From: Clostridia bacterium
Lineage (GTDB): Bacteria > Bacillota > Clostridia > Christensenellales > CAG-314
Assembly: GCA_017500855.1 (NCBI GenBank)
Contig: JAFVYC010000039.1
Location: 12,064 to 76,063 of the forward strand
Length of the DNA stretch: 64,000 nt
Direction: 5' to 3'
Position numbers and translations under genes: made by a program. Positions 46,184 to 54,387 of the stretch are shown here, in pieces. Every line of letters begins with the position of its first letter. The first letter of the stretch is position 1. The notes below the pieces were generated by a model. It saw only the letters and a program-made list of their open reading frames with translations. It did no database searches and was not told where the DNA came from.

Positions 46184-48574
46184 TTAGTCTGTTGTGTATT
46201 TTCTAAAAAGCGCTTTGAAAGCCTTTTTGTGTTGTTTGTTTGCGTGGTGCAAAAAGAATTTTACAAATTTTGCATCCACCCCACCAACGCTCATCAGCGA
46301 AATGATGGGAGTTTCCTTTGCGCCGTTGTAGAACATTTGCGCAACGGGGTCTTGTTCCGTTTTGGATGGCGAAGTGCGAATTGCAACAAACTTGAAAACC
46401 TTCAGTACAAACCTGATAAGTCCAACGTCCTTGCTCATTTCGCCAAACGTGTTTTTCATTGTGTACGAACCACGGCTTTGCGGTGTTGGTCGCAAAATTT
46501 TTCTGCCAAGCAACGCCTCGAACTGTTCCGTTGGAACGTCCAATCCGTTGGTTTGCTCTTGGAAGAAGCAAGGCAACAGTTCACGGTGATTGCCCAAAAT
46601 TTTGCGTCCGCCTTGAACGTTGAACACTTTGCAACTTAGTTGCGTTGTGTTTACGTCGGAACAGCAACAAATGTTGTAGGTACCGTCCACGGCAACAAAG
46701 CCTTCGCCGGGGATGTAGATTTGAAACAGTTTTTCGTCCAAAACAACGGCGACTTGCACCGATTGACCGCTTGGCACAAACACTTTTTCGAAGCCTGCAA
46801 GTTGGCGTTTTGGGCGAATAAGTCCACAGTCGCAATTGTCTACGTACACTTGCACCACGTGGGAAGCATCGTACTTGCCAACGTTGGCAACTTGCACGTT
46901 TGCAACGTAGCGACCGTCGCCACGCATTTCCACAAACATGTCTTGGTACACAAAATCCGTGTAGGAAAGCCCAAAACCAAAGGGGAACTGCACGGGCACG
47001 TTGAACGTGTTGTAGTAGCGGTAGCCCACAAAGATACTTTCCCTGTGTTCGTCCAAATATTCGTCGTTGGCAAAATACTTGTGGCAAGGTGTGTCTTCAA
47101 GTTTGAGTGGGTAGGTTTCGGCAAGGCGACCGGATGGGCAAACTTTGCCAAACAGCAAGTCGAATGCGCCTTCCATCACGGCTTCGCCACCCAAGTACAT
47201 GTGCAACAAACTTTTGCACTTGTCCAGCCACGGCATGACAAACGGCGAGCCACCAAACGCCACAAACACAACGTTGGCATTTGCTTGGTGCAACTTTGCC
47301 AACAGTTGTTGTTGGCAAGATGGAATTTCCAAGGAAGTTCTGTCGTAGCCTTCCCCTTCGAAATCGTCCGTCAATCCACCAAAGAACAGCACCACGTCGG
47401 CTTGCTTGGCAAGTTCAACTGCCTGTTGTTCCAACTTGGCATCTACCTTGTCGCCAACAACGTTGTAGCCACGTGCAAAGGAGTGTTCAACGCCTTCGTC
47501 AGCAAGCACTTCCACAAAACTTTTGCAAGTTGTGTTGATGTGGCTACTGCCTGCGCCTTGGTAGCGTGGAGTTTCGGCAAGTCCGCCCACAACAAGCAAT
47601 TTTGCGCCTTGGCTAAGGGGCAACAAGCCGTCGTTTTTGAGCAGAACGCCACAGTCGGATGCCACTTGACGGCAAAATTGATGTTCAGCATGGAAATCCA
47701 CCGTTTGATTGGATGGTTGCTTGTAGTATTTTTCCACAAAGTCCACCACGTTTTGGCAGGCTCTGTCCAAATGTTCTTGTTTCAAAGTGCCGTTTTGCAC
47801 GGCTTGCTCCACAAGTTTTTGGTGGTAGGGGCCACCACTGGGCATTTCCAAATCCAACCCTGCTTCCAAAGCCTTGGGTGGATCGTATGCTGCGCCCCAG
47901 TCGGAAATGACAAGGCCTTTGTAGCCCCATTCATCTCGCAAAATTTCCTTGAGAAGGTGTTTGTTTTGTGTGCAACTTTCGCCGTTGAGTTTGTTGTACG
48001 CCACCATGATGGTTGCAGGTTGGCTGTTTTTTACAACGTGCTCGAAAGCCGAAAGGTAAATTTCCCGGAGCGCCCTTTCGTCCACAATGGCGTCTATCGT
48101 CATTCGGCGAGTTTCCTGGCTGTTGACTGCAAAGTGCTTCAAACTGCATCCCACGCCTTGCGTTTGCACACCACTTACGTAGGCTTCGGCAAGATGCCCT
48201 GCCAAAAGTGGATCTTCCGAGTAGTACTCGAAGTTGCGACCACACAGCGGACTGCGCTTGATGTTGATGCCCGGGCCAAGCACCGTGCCAACGTTTTCGG
48301 CAATGGCTTGCTGTGCAATGCTTTGTCCGATTTGGTAGGCGTAGGTTTTGTTCCAACCGGAAGCAACGGCGCACGCAGTTGGGAAGCACGTTGCCTTGTT
48401 GCTGTCGTTGATGCCCTTGTTTTTGTCGGCTTGTTTGCGCAAACCGTGTGGGCCGTCGGTCATCATCAAAGATGGCAATTCCCCAATGGCTTGTGTGTGC
48501 CATTGACCGTCGCCATGCACCAGTTGCGCTTTTTGTTGAAGTGACAGATTTTGCAAAAATTGTTTTTTGTCCAT
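46184..48574 (-). CDS. Glycoside hydrolase family 3 beta-glucosidase
   Basis: ORF 46184-48616. Start moved to ATG 48574 (GGAGGTG SD). TDGPHGLR, GRNFEYYSEDP, KHFAVNSQE, GLVISDWGA (nucleophile Asp) and C-terminal FnIII-like domain. Confidence 0.88.
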   Translation of the reverse strand: MDKKQFLQNLSLQQKAQLVHGDGQWHTQAIGELPSLMMTDGPHGLRKQADKNKGINDSNKATCFPTACAVASGWNKTYAYQIGQSIAQQAIAENVGTVLGPGINIKRSPLCGRNFEYYSEDPLLAGHLAEAYVSGVQTQGVGCSLKHFAVNSQETRRMTIDAIVDERALREIYLSAFEHVVKNSQPATIMVAYNKLNGESCTQNKHLLKEILRDEWGYKGLVISDWGAAYDPPKALEAGLDLEMPSGGPYHQKLVEQAVQNGTLKQEHLDRACQNVVDFVEKYYKQPSNQTVDFHAEHQFCRQVASDCGVLLKNDGLLPLSQGAKLLVVGGLAETPRYQGAGSSHINTTCKSFVEVLADEGVEHSFARGYNVVGDKVDAKLEQQAVELAKQADVVLFFGGLTDDFEGEGYDRTSLEIPSCQQQLLAKLHQANANVVFVAFGGSPFVMPWLDKCKSLLHMYLGGEAVMEGAFDLLFGKVCPSGRLAETYPLKLEDTPCHKYFANDEYLDEHRESIFVGYRYYNTFNVPVQFPFGFGLSYTDFVYQDMFVEMRGDGRYVANVQVANVGKYDASHVVQVYVDNCDCGLIRPKRQLAGFEKVFVPSGQSVQVAVVLDEKLFQIYIPGEGFVAVDGTYNICCCSDVNTTQLSCKVFNVQGGRKILGNHRELLPCFFQEQTNGLDVPTEQFEALLGRKILRPTPQSRGSYTMKNTFGEMSKDVGLIRFVLKVFKFVAIRTSPSKTEQDPVAQMFYNGAKETPIISLMSVGGVDAKFVKFFLHHANKQHKKAFKALFRKYTTD

Positions 48575-48902
48575 TGTGCACACCTCCACATCTACATATT
48601 CTAGCACAAAATGCAAAAGTTGTGTAGTGTTCTAGGGCAAAAAAATACCAATAATTTACTAAAAATATATCAATTGGCAAAACAAGACAGTTTTGTGCTA
48701 GTTTTGAGACACAAAAAAACCGTTGCCTATAGGCAACATCTTGCCAAATGCACGGCACAACGGATTTTTTTTGCAAGATTTTTGCACACTTTTTGCAAGC
48801 AAAAATTGCAGTTTTGCGCCAACTTTTCGGCACTGTTCCCGTTGCCGAACTTTTGCAAAGGTTGTCAGTGCAAAATATATGCAAAAAAAGTGAAAATTGC
48901 TA

Positions 48903-48931
48903 TTGAAAAGACAGCCAAAATGTTGTATAAT
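48903..48931 (+). promoter_or_regulatory. Sigma-70-type promoter
   Basis: TTGAAA (48903-48908), 17 nt, TATAAT (48926-48931). Confidence 0.6.
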
Positions 48932-48951
48932 TGTGGGTAGAGGTACCAAAG

Positions 48952-50058
48952 ATGACAAAAAAACTCGTTTCAAAAATTGCCCTTGCTTTGGCAATTGTTC
49001 TGGTGGCAACGCTTGCCACGTTTGGCATTGTTGCGCTGTGTAGCTACAACGGCGCAAGCAAAAATCTTGGCGAAGAAGTACTGCTTCCCACAGTTGACTT
49101 TGTTCAGCCCTGGATGGTGGAATGGTACACGGAAAACGACTACCAACTGTACTTCGAAAACCTTGCCAAAGCCGGCTACGACACGGTTATTTTTCAGTAC
49201 TCGGTGACGGGCAACGTCAACAGCCCCAACCTGTACTTCCCCAAAACAAGCGGAATTGCAAGCCAATTTCCCAACGCCACGGACACAAGCAACCACGTGT
49301 TGCCCACGTTTTTGCAACAGGCGGAAAAGCACGGGTTTGACGTTTTTGTGGGGCTGAGTAGTCTGGACGACTGGTGGACGACTTCCAACTACCTCAACGC
49401 CGACTACACCACCACGCTTTGCAATTTGGATTGCCTTGTTGTGGACTACTTGCAACAGTACCACGGTCAAAACAAAGCATTCGTTGGCTACTACTGGGCA
49501 TCGGAAACTTTTTCTAACCCGTTTGGTTGGCAAAAAGGTTGGATTGGCATTGTCAACGGCATCATCGACCACCTAAACGCCACCGACAGCCAACGCCCGT
49601 TGATGCTCAGCCCCTTCCGACACAAATTTTTGCCGGCAACAACGGCAAGGTTGGAGCAGTTTTGGACGGACTTTGTTGAACAAGTCAACTTCCGCAAGGG
49701 GGACATTTTTGCCCCGCAAGACAGCCTTGGCAAAATAAACAACGGCAAGGCCGACAGTTTCACAATTGGTCAAACGGCACGTTTTGTGCAAGCAGTAAAA
49801 AGCGCCGTCGACAAAAAGGACGGCGTGGAACTGTGGCTAAACTGCGAACTTTTTGCAAGCAAAAACCTGTTGGACGGCAACTTGTACACGGCGGATTTAC
49901 AGCGAATGGACCGCCAGTTTGCCATTGCCAAAGCCTACGCAACACGAACGGTAACGTTCAGTTTTTCCCACTACTGCTTGCCACAGGGCACCAACGGCGA
50001 GCCACAAGCATTGCAACAATTTTACCAAGATTATTTGAACTATATTTCCACAAAGTAG
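48952..50058 (+). CDS. Membrane-anchored DUF4434-like (glycoside-hydrolase-fold) protein
   Basis: ORF 48931-50058. ATG 48952 follows GAGGT. N-terminal TM, then ...AGYDTVIFQYS...FDVFVGL...GYYWASE...FAPQDSLG, reminiscent of DUF4434 TIM-barrel proteins. Confidence 0.55.
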   Translation: MTKKLVSKIALALAIVLVATLATFGIVALCSYNGASKNLGEEVLLPTVDFVQPWMVEWYTENDYQLYFENLAKAGYDTVIFQYSVTGNVNSPNLYFPKTSGIASQFPNATDTSNHVLPTFLQQAEKHGFDVFVGLSSLDDWWTTSNYLNADYTTTLCNLDCLVVDYLQQYHGQNKAFVGYYWASETFSNPFGWQKGWIGIVNGIIDHLNATDSQRPLMLSPFRHKFLPATTARLEQFWTDFVEQVNFRKGDIFAPQDSLGKINNGKADSFTIGQTARFVQAVKSAVDKKDGVELWLNCELFASKNLLDGNLYTADLQRMDRQFAIAKAYATRTVTFSFSHYCLPQGTNGEPQALQQFYQDYLNYISTK

Positions 50059-50142
50059 CAATTTGTGCGTGAGTTTGCCAAGTTGTACACAAATTCTTTA
50101 CCACTTTTTGTAAAATTTACCTATCGCACCAAGGAGGTCACA

Positions 50143-51810
50143 ATGAAAAACCAATGGTACAAAGATGCCGTCATTTACCAAATTTACCCACGCAGTTTCA
50201 AAGATTCCAACGGCGACGGAATTGGCGATATTCCGGGCATCATTTCCAAAATAGACTACATTGCAAGTTTGGGTGTGGATGCAGTGTGGTTTTCCCCAAT
50301 GTACCCAACGCCCAACTGCGACTTTGGCTACGACATTTCCGACTACACCAACATTAACCCCGAGTTTGGCACCATGGCAGACTTTGAGCAACTTGTTGAA
50401 CAGTTGCACGTAAAGGGCATCAAGGTGCTGATGGACCTTGTCATCAACCACACAAGCGACCAGCACAAATGGTTTTTGGAAAGTCGGAAATCCAAAGACA
50501 ACCCCTACCGAGACTACTACTACTGGGCAGACGGCAAGGGCAAAAACGGCAAAAAGCCACCCAACAACTGGACGAGCTTCTTTTTGGGTAGCGCATGGCA
50601 GTACGACGAGCAAAGCGGGCAGTACTACTTGCATTTGTTCGACAAAAACCAACCCGACTTGAACTACTTCAACCCAAAAGTTATTGAAGAAATAAAAAAC
50701 GTTGTGCGTTTTTGGCTGGAAAAGGGCGTGGACGGCTTCCGTTGCGACGTCATCACTTTGCTTTCCAAAACGCCGGGGCTACCAAACGGCAAACCGTCCA
50801 TTGCGTTGCAGGGAAGCGAACACTACATCGACGGCCCACGCATGGAAGAATTGCTTGGAGAACTTCAAACCGTATTGCGAGAATACGACGCATTCACCGT
50901 TGGCGAAAGCGTTTTCATCGACGTGCCAAAGGCGTTGCGCTACACCACCGAAGGCAACGAATACCTGACGACGGTTTTTGCATTCGACCACATTTCTGCC
51001 GACAACTTTTTTGGCGTGAAGCAACTTGTGCGCAAGTTCAGTTTGCGCAGGTTGAAAAAGTGCATTGAAACGTGGCAACACGGCTTGTACGGCAAGAGTT
51101 GGAACACGCTGTTTTGGGAAAATCACGACCAAGCACGCATTGTTGGCAGATACTGCGACGATGGTCAGTTCCGTGTTGAAGGCGCCAAGATGATGGGCAC
51201 AATTTTGATGACGCTTTGTGGCACTCCGTTTGTGTACCAAGGTCAAGAATTTGGCACCACGTCCCCCCGAATGACCAATTTGGAAGACTACCAAGACGTG
51301 GAAACGCATCGCAGTTTTGCAACGCTAAAAAAGGTGTTTGGCGCAAAAAATGCAATCAAGAAAATGGCGTACTGCTCTAGGGACAACGCACGTGTGCCAA
51401 TGCAATGGGATGCAACGCAAAACGCAGGCTTTTCCACAGGCAAACCGTGGCTCAAAGTCAACCCCAACCACACGGAAATCAACGTGGCAAATGCCGAAGC
51501 CGACGGCAATTCGGTGCTTCACTACTACCGCAAGTTGATTGCCCTGCGCAAAAGCGACAAAGCGTTTGTGTACGGCACCTACCAAGACTTGCTCCCCAAC
51601 AGCAAAAACGTGTGGGCGTATATGCGAAACAGCCAATTTGGCACCCTTGTTGTGGTGGCAAATTTCTCCACAAAAACAACCAAATTTACATTGCCAAAAC
51701 ACGTTCAAGGCGACTTCCAACTTGTGACGTCCAACTACGCCGACACACCACAAAATTTGCAAAACATGGCACTACGTCCCCACGAATGCGCCGTGTACAA
51801 ATTGATGTGA
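50143..51810 (+). CDS. GH13 alpha-glucosidase / oligo-1,6-glucosidase
   Basis: ORF 50065-51810. ATG 50143 follows AAGGAGG. YQIYPRSF, GVDAVWFSPMY, DLVINHTSDQH, GFRCDVITL and ENHDQAR conserved regions I-IV. Confidence 0.9.
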   Translation: MKNQWYKDAVIYQIYPRSFKDSNGDGIGDIPGIISKIDYIASLGVDAVWFSPMYPTPNCDFGYDISDYTNINPEFGTMADFEQLVEQLHVKGIKVLMDLVINHTSDQHKWFLESRKSKDNPYRDYYYWADGKGKNGKKPPNNWTSFFLGSAWQYDEQSGQYYLHLFDKNQPDLNYFNPKVIEEIKNVVRFWLEKGVDGFRCDVITLLSKTPGLPNGKPSIALQGSEHYIDGPRMEELLGELQTVLREYDAFTVGESVFIDVPKALRYTTEGNEYLTTVFAFDHISADNFFGVKQLVRKFSLRRLKKCIETWQHGLYGKSWNTLFWENHDQARIVGRYCDDGQFRVEGAKMMGTILMTLCGTPFVYQGQEFGTTSPRMTNLEDYQDVETHRSFATLKKVFGAKNAIKKMAYCSRDNARVPMQWDATQNAGFSTGKPWLKVNPNHTEINVANAEADGNSVLHYYRKLIALRKSDKAFVYGTYQDLLPNSKNVWAYMRNSQFGTLVVVANFSTKTTKFTLPKHVQGDFQLVTSNYADTPQNLQNMALRPHECAVYKLM

Positions 51811-51846
51811 TGTAGCCGACCAAACGTTTGGTGGAATTTGCAAGCA

Positions 51847-52555
51847 GGGCAACTTGTTGCCCTTGTAGGGACCGGCGTCCCCGACGGTCCGTAAAGTTAT
51901 TTTGCATTTTTTTACATGTTTTTGTCCACCAAAGTCGGACTTCCAAGGAAGGGTTACTCCGCAACCCTTATTTTAATTTGACATAGCTGGGGAGCCCTAA
52001 ATCCGTCTGTGACGGATGAAATCCACCATCGTGGATGAAATACCCCATCGTGGATGAAATATCCACGCTTATGGATGAAATATCCACGCTTGTGGATGAA
52101 ATCGCAAAGCGATGAAATCCTGCTTTGCAGGGTTGTGGCGATTTTTTTTGAATAGCCTTTGCGTGCATTTGATGGAATTTGCGTGTAATGGCGGACCGTC
52201 GGGGACGCCGGTCCCTACATCTTTCTGCCCAAATATTTTCCAAATAGAATTGAGCATTTCCATAGAACAATCTTTGTTTTTCTTTGTTGCGTTGAAATTG
52301 TACACAACCAAGGCTCCCTTGTGTAAAGGGAGCTGTCGGCTCGCCGACTGGGGGATTGTGTGCGCAAGCAAGGCTAGTCGTTTCCTTGTGTGGAAATTTG
52401 CTTTGAACAAAAAACAGGTGAATTGATTATCTATTACAATTCTTGGACAGGCAACTTGTTGCCCTTGTAGGGACCGGCGTCCCCGACGGTCCGTGTGTTT
52501 TGCACAATCCCTCCGTCACAACAAGTTGTGCCACCTCCCTTTGCACAAGGGAGGC
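51847..52555. repeat. Cluster of REP-like composite hairpin repeats (two families)
   Basis: Family 1 is GGCAACTTGTTGCCCTTGTAGGGACCGGCGTCCCCGACGGTCCG, with identical 44-mers at 51848-51891 and 52450-52493 and an inverted 28-nt partial at 52192-52219. Family 2 is CACAATCCCTCCGTC[palindrome]CCTCCCTTTGCACAAGGGAGGC, at 52503-52555 and inverted at 52313-52360. Confidence 0.85.
52001..52132. repeat. Array of seven tandem short palindromes separated by GAA(AT)
   Basis: ATCCGTCtgtGACGGAT, ATCCACcatcGTGGAT, a degenerate unit, ATCCAcgcttaTGGAT, ATCCACgcttGTGGAT, ATCGCaaaGCGAT and ATCCTGCtttGCAGG. Unit starts at 52001, 52021, 52040, 52061, 52082, 52101 and 52117. Confidence 0.85.
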
Positions 52556-52598
52556 TTTTGTTCCGTGATATATGCCAACCAACACAACACACATTTTG

Positions 52599-52626
52599 CA
52601 CCACCATTTTTGGTGGTGTTTTTTTT
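52599..52626 (+). terminator. Strong intrinsic terminator
   Basis: CACCACCA-tttt-TGGTGGTG 8-bp stem followed by T8. Confidence 0.8.
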
Positions 52627-52628
52627 GC

Positions 52629-52658
52629 AAAAAAAGAGGCAAAACTTGCGTTTGCCCC
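52629..52658 (-). terminator. Minus-strand terminator abutting the plus-strand one
   Basis: GGCAAA / TTTGCC stem with a 7-nt loop, then TCTTTTTTT on the minus strand. Confidence 0.5.
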
Positions 52659-52680
52659 TTTCCAATGCACTTTGTGATTG

Positions 52681-52704
52681 CAACATAATATACAATATGT
52701 TGTG
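52681..52704. repeat. Left arm of a 24-bp perfect inverted repeat (IR-L)
   Basis: CAACATAATATACAATATGTTGTG is the exact reverse complement of 52913-52936. Confidence 0.9.
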
Positions 52705-52847
52705 GAAAAACTTCCACACAAATTGCCTTGCTTTGTTCAAGGCTGGCAAAATGGGCAAAATTGTGGCAATGTTGCAGGGCAAATGCAAGCAAAGATTGGT
52801 GGTTTTTCAAAAATGAAAAATAAGTAGTAAATTCTACAAATATCTAT

Positions 52848-52877
52848 TTGACATGGCGTGCATTGTTGGTGTAATAT
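52848..52877 (+). promoter_or_regulatory. Sigma-70-type promoter inside the IR-bounded segment, facing the pilin genes
   Basis: TTGACA (52848-52853), 18 nt, TAATAT (52872-52877). The spacer ..GTGCATTGTTGGTG is homologous to the LRR pilin gene promoter. Confidence 0.55.
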
Positions 52878-52912
52878 TTATGTATGTTGGTTTTTGCGCA
52901 AAACAAAAAATT

Positions 52913-52936
52913 CACAACATATTGTATATTATGTTG
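52913..52936. repeat. Right arm of a 24-bp perfect inverted repeat (IR-R)
   Basis: CACAACATATTGTATATTATGTTG. 208 bp separate the arms. Confidence 0.9.
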
Positions 52937-53121
52937 TTTTGCAAGCACCACATGTTGTGGGCAACGGACGGCAACTTGGCGCTTCCAATTGCACCACTTC
53001 TACCCAAAATGCAGTTTTTTCTCGGTGTTGGGCACGCCCAAACATTGCCAAACAAGGCACGTTTTTTCCAAGATATTTGCCACAAGGCACAATATACACA
53101 ATTATTTTGAAGGAGACACAC

Positions 53122-54276
53122 ATGATGAAAAGCACAAAAAAAGGCTTTACTCTTGTTGAATTGCTGGTTGTTATTGCAATTCTTGCAATCCTGGCAACAG
53201 TTTCCGTTGTTGGGTACACTGCATTTGTCGAAAGGGCAAATCGCTCTATAGACGAACAAGTTGTTGCTCAACTCAACAATTTTGTTTTGGGCTACCTTGT
53301 GGAAACACCAAATGCCACAGCGCAAGACGTTTTGGTTGCTTTGGTGGATGACGGCGCAATGGACTTTGAACTTGCACACAAAAACCACTCTTTGGCTTGG
53401 GACTACACCAACAAACGCATTGTTTTGGTAGAAAACAATCAAGTTGTGTACCCCGAGTCTTGCAAACGCCCTGTAGACAGCACCGTTGTGGAACTTTCCC
53501 TTCCACAACTGGTAGATGACGCAACCACACTTGCAAACAGCATCAGCAACTTGGCGCAAGGCACAATTGGCTACTTTCTTGTTGATGGCAACGCAAACAC
53601 GGCAAGCCCAATTGTTGTTGGCGCCCAAAACTTTGTGTTGGATGGCAAAAACGCAGGCACAATTACTGCACCAAGTTCCTCGGCATTCCGCCTGACGGAA
53701 AACGGAGCCAACGTTGTTGTTCAAAACTTGACAATTGACGTTACTGCCTCCACAAACGACAACACAGTTGCCAATTCGGCATTTTCCATCTACAAAACAA
53801 GCAACGTAACTTTGAACAACGTTGTTTTTTCCTCAACCTACTGCACGTTGTCTTCCTACCCAACGGACGGAATCGACAATCCAACAGTAAAAGTAACCAA
53901 CAGCACGTTTACTGCGCCAACACCGCTTTTCATCACGGAAGGCACTTGGTACTTCCAAAACTGCACCTTCAACGGCTGTGTTAACGTGTTTGGTGGCGAC
54001 GTGACGTTTGTCAACTGCACGTTTGTTGGCATTGGCGAAGGCTACTACAACAACGAAGAAGAAGCTAAATCTGCCGAGTACGGCCCTGTTGACCTTTCTG
54101 GCCACGCAATTTGCATCATTCAAGGTAGAGAAAATGAAGAATGCAAAAACGGACAAAGTTCCGTCAACTTTGTTGACTGCACAATTTCCGGAGAATACTT
54201 CTTTGGCACTTGCACACACGCAACAGCGCAACCCACAAACACAATTGTGGTTACAGGCACACCACGCAACGTATAA
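53122..54276 (+). CDS. Modular type IV pilin-like protein with a parallel beta-helix (pectate-lyase-like) payload
   Basis: ORF 52858-54276. ATG 53122 lies 5 nt after AGGAGA. MMKSTKKG|FTLVELLVVIAILAILA class III signal. Then repeated N(V/C)T(F/L/I) rungs (VVVQNLTIDV, VTLNNVVFSS, WYFQNCTFNG, VTFVNCTFVG, VNFVDCTISG). Confidence 0.8.
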   Translation: MMKSTKKGFTLVELLVVIAILAILATVSVVGYTAFVERANRSIDEQVVAQLNNFVLGYLVETPNATAQDVLVALVDDGAMDFELAHKNHSLAWDYTNKRIVLVENNQVVYPESCKRPVDSTVVELSLPQLVDDATTLANSISNLAQGTIGYFLVDGNANTASPIVVGAQNFVLDGKNAGTITAPSSSAFRLTENGANVVVQNLTIDVTASTNDNTVANSAFSIYKTSNVTLNNVVFSSTYCTLSSYPTDGIDNPTVKVTNSTFTAPTPLFITEGTWYFQNCTFNGCVNVFGGDVTFVNCTFVGIGEGYYNNEEEAKSAEYGPVDLSGHAICIIQGRENEECKNGQSSVNFVDCTISGEYFFGTCTHATAQPTNTIVVTGTPRNV

Positions 54277-54286
54277 TCAAAACCCA

Positions 54287-54316
54287 AAAGCAATGGCACA
54301 GCGCCGTTGCTTTTTT
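54287..54316 (+). terminator. Intrinsic terminator between the two pilin-like genes
   Basis: AAAGCAAtGGC-acagc-GCCgTTGCTTT stem followed by a T-run. Confidence 0.65.
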
Positions 54317-54387
54317 GCGTTGTTCAACTTTTGTATTTTTGCCCAATGGGCGAAATAAATATATTTTTTTTTGAAGGAGAAAACACT

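Noticed and set aside
52001-52132. CsrB/RsmY-like CsrA-titrating sRNA (the repeated GGAUG resembles the CsrA SELEX core).
   Set aside because: The GGA triplets lie in the stems rather than the loops of the predicted hairpins. I found no convincing promoter or stem-adjacent U-tract. Kept only as a remote alternative.
51968-52270. 100-aa minus-strand ORF with ISSTSVDISSISVDISS repeats.
   Set aside because: It is the translation of the tandem mini-palindrome array and an REP copy. No RBS; the periodicity is at the DNA level.
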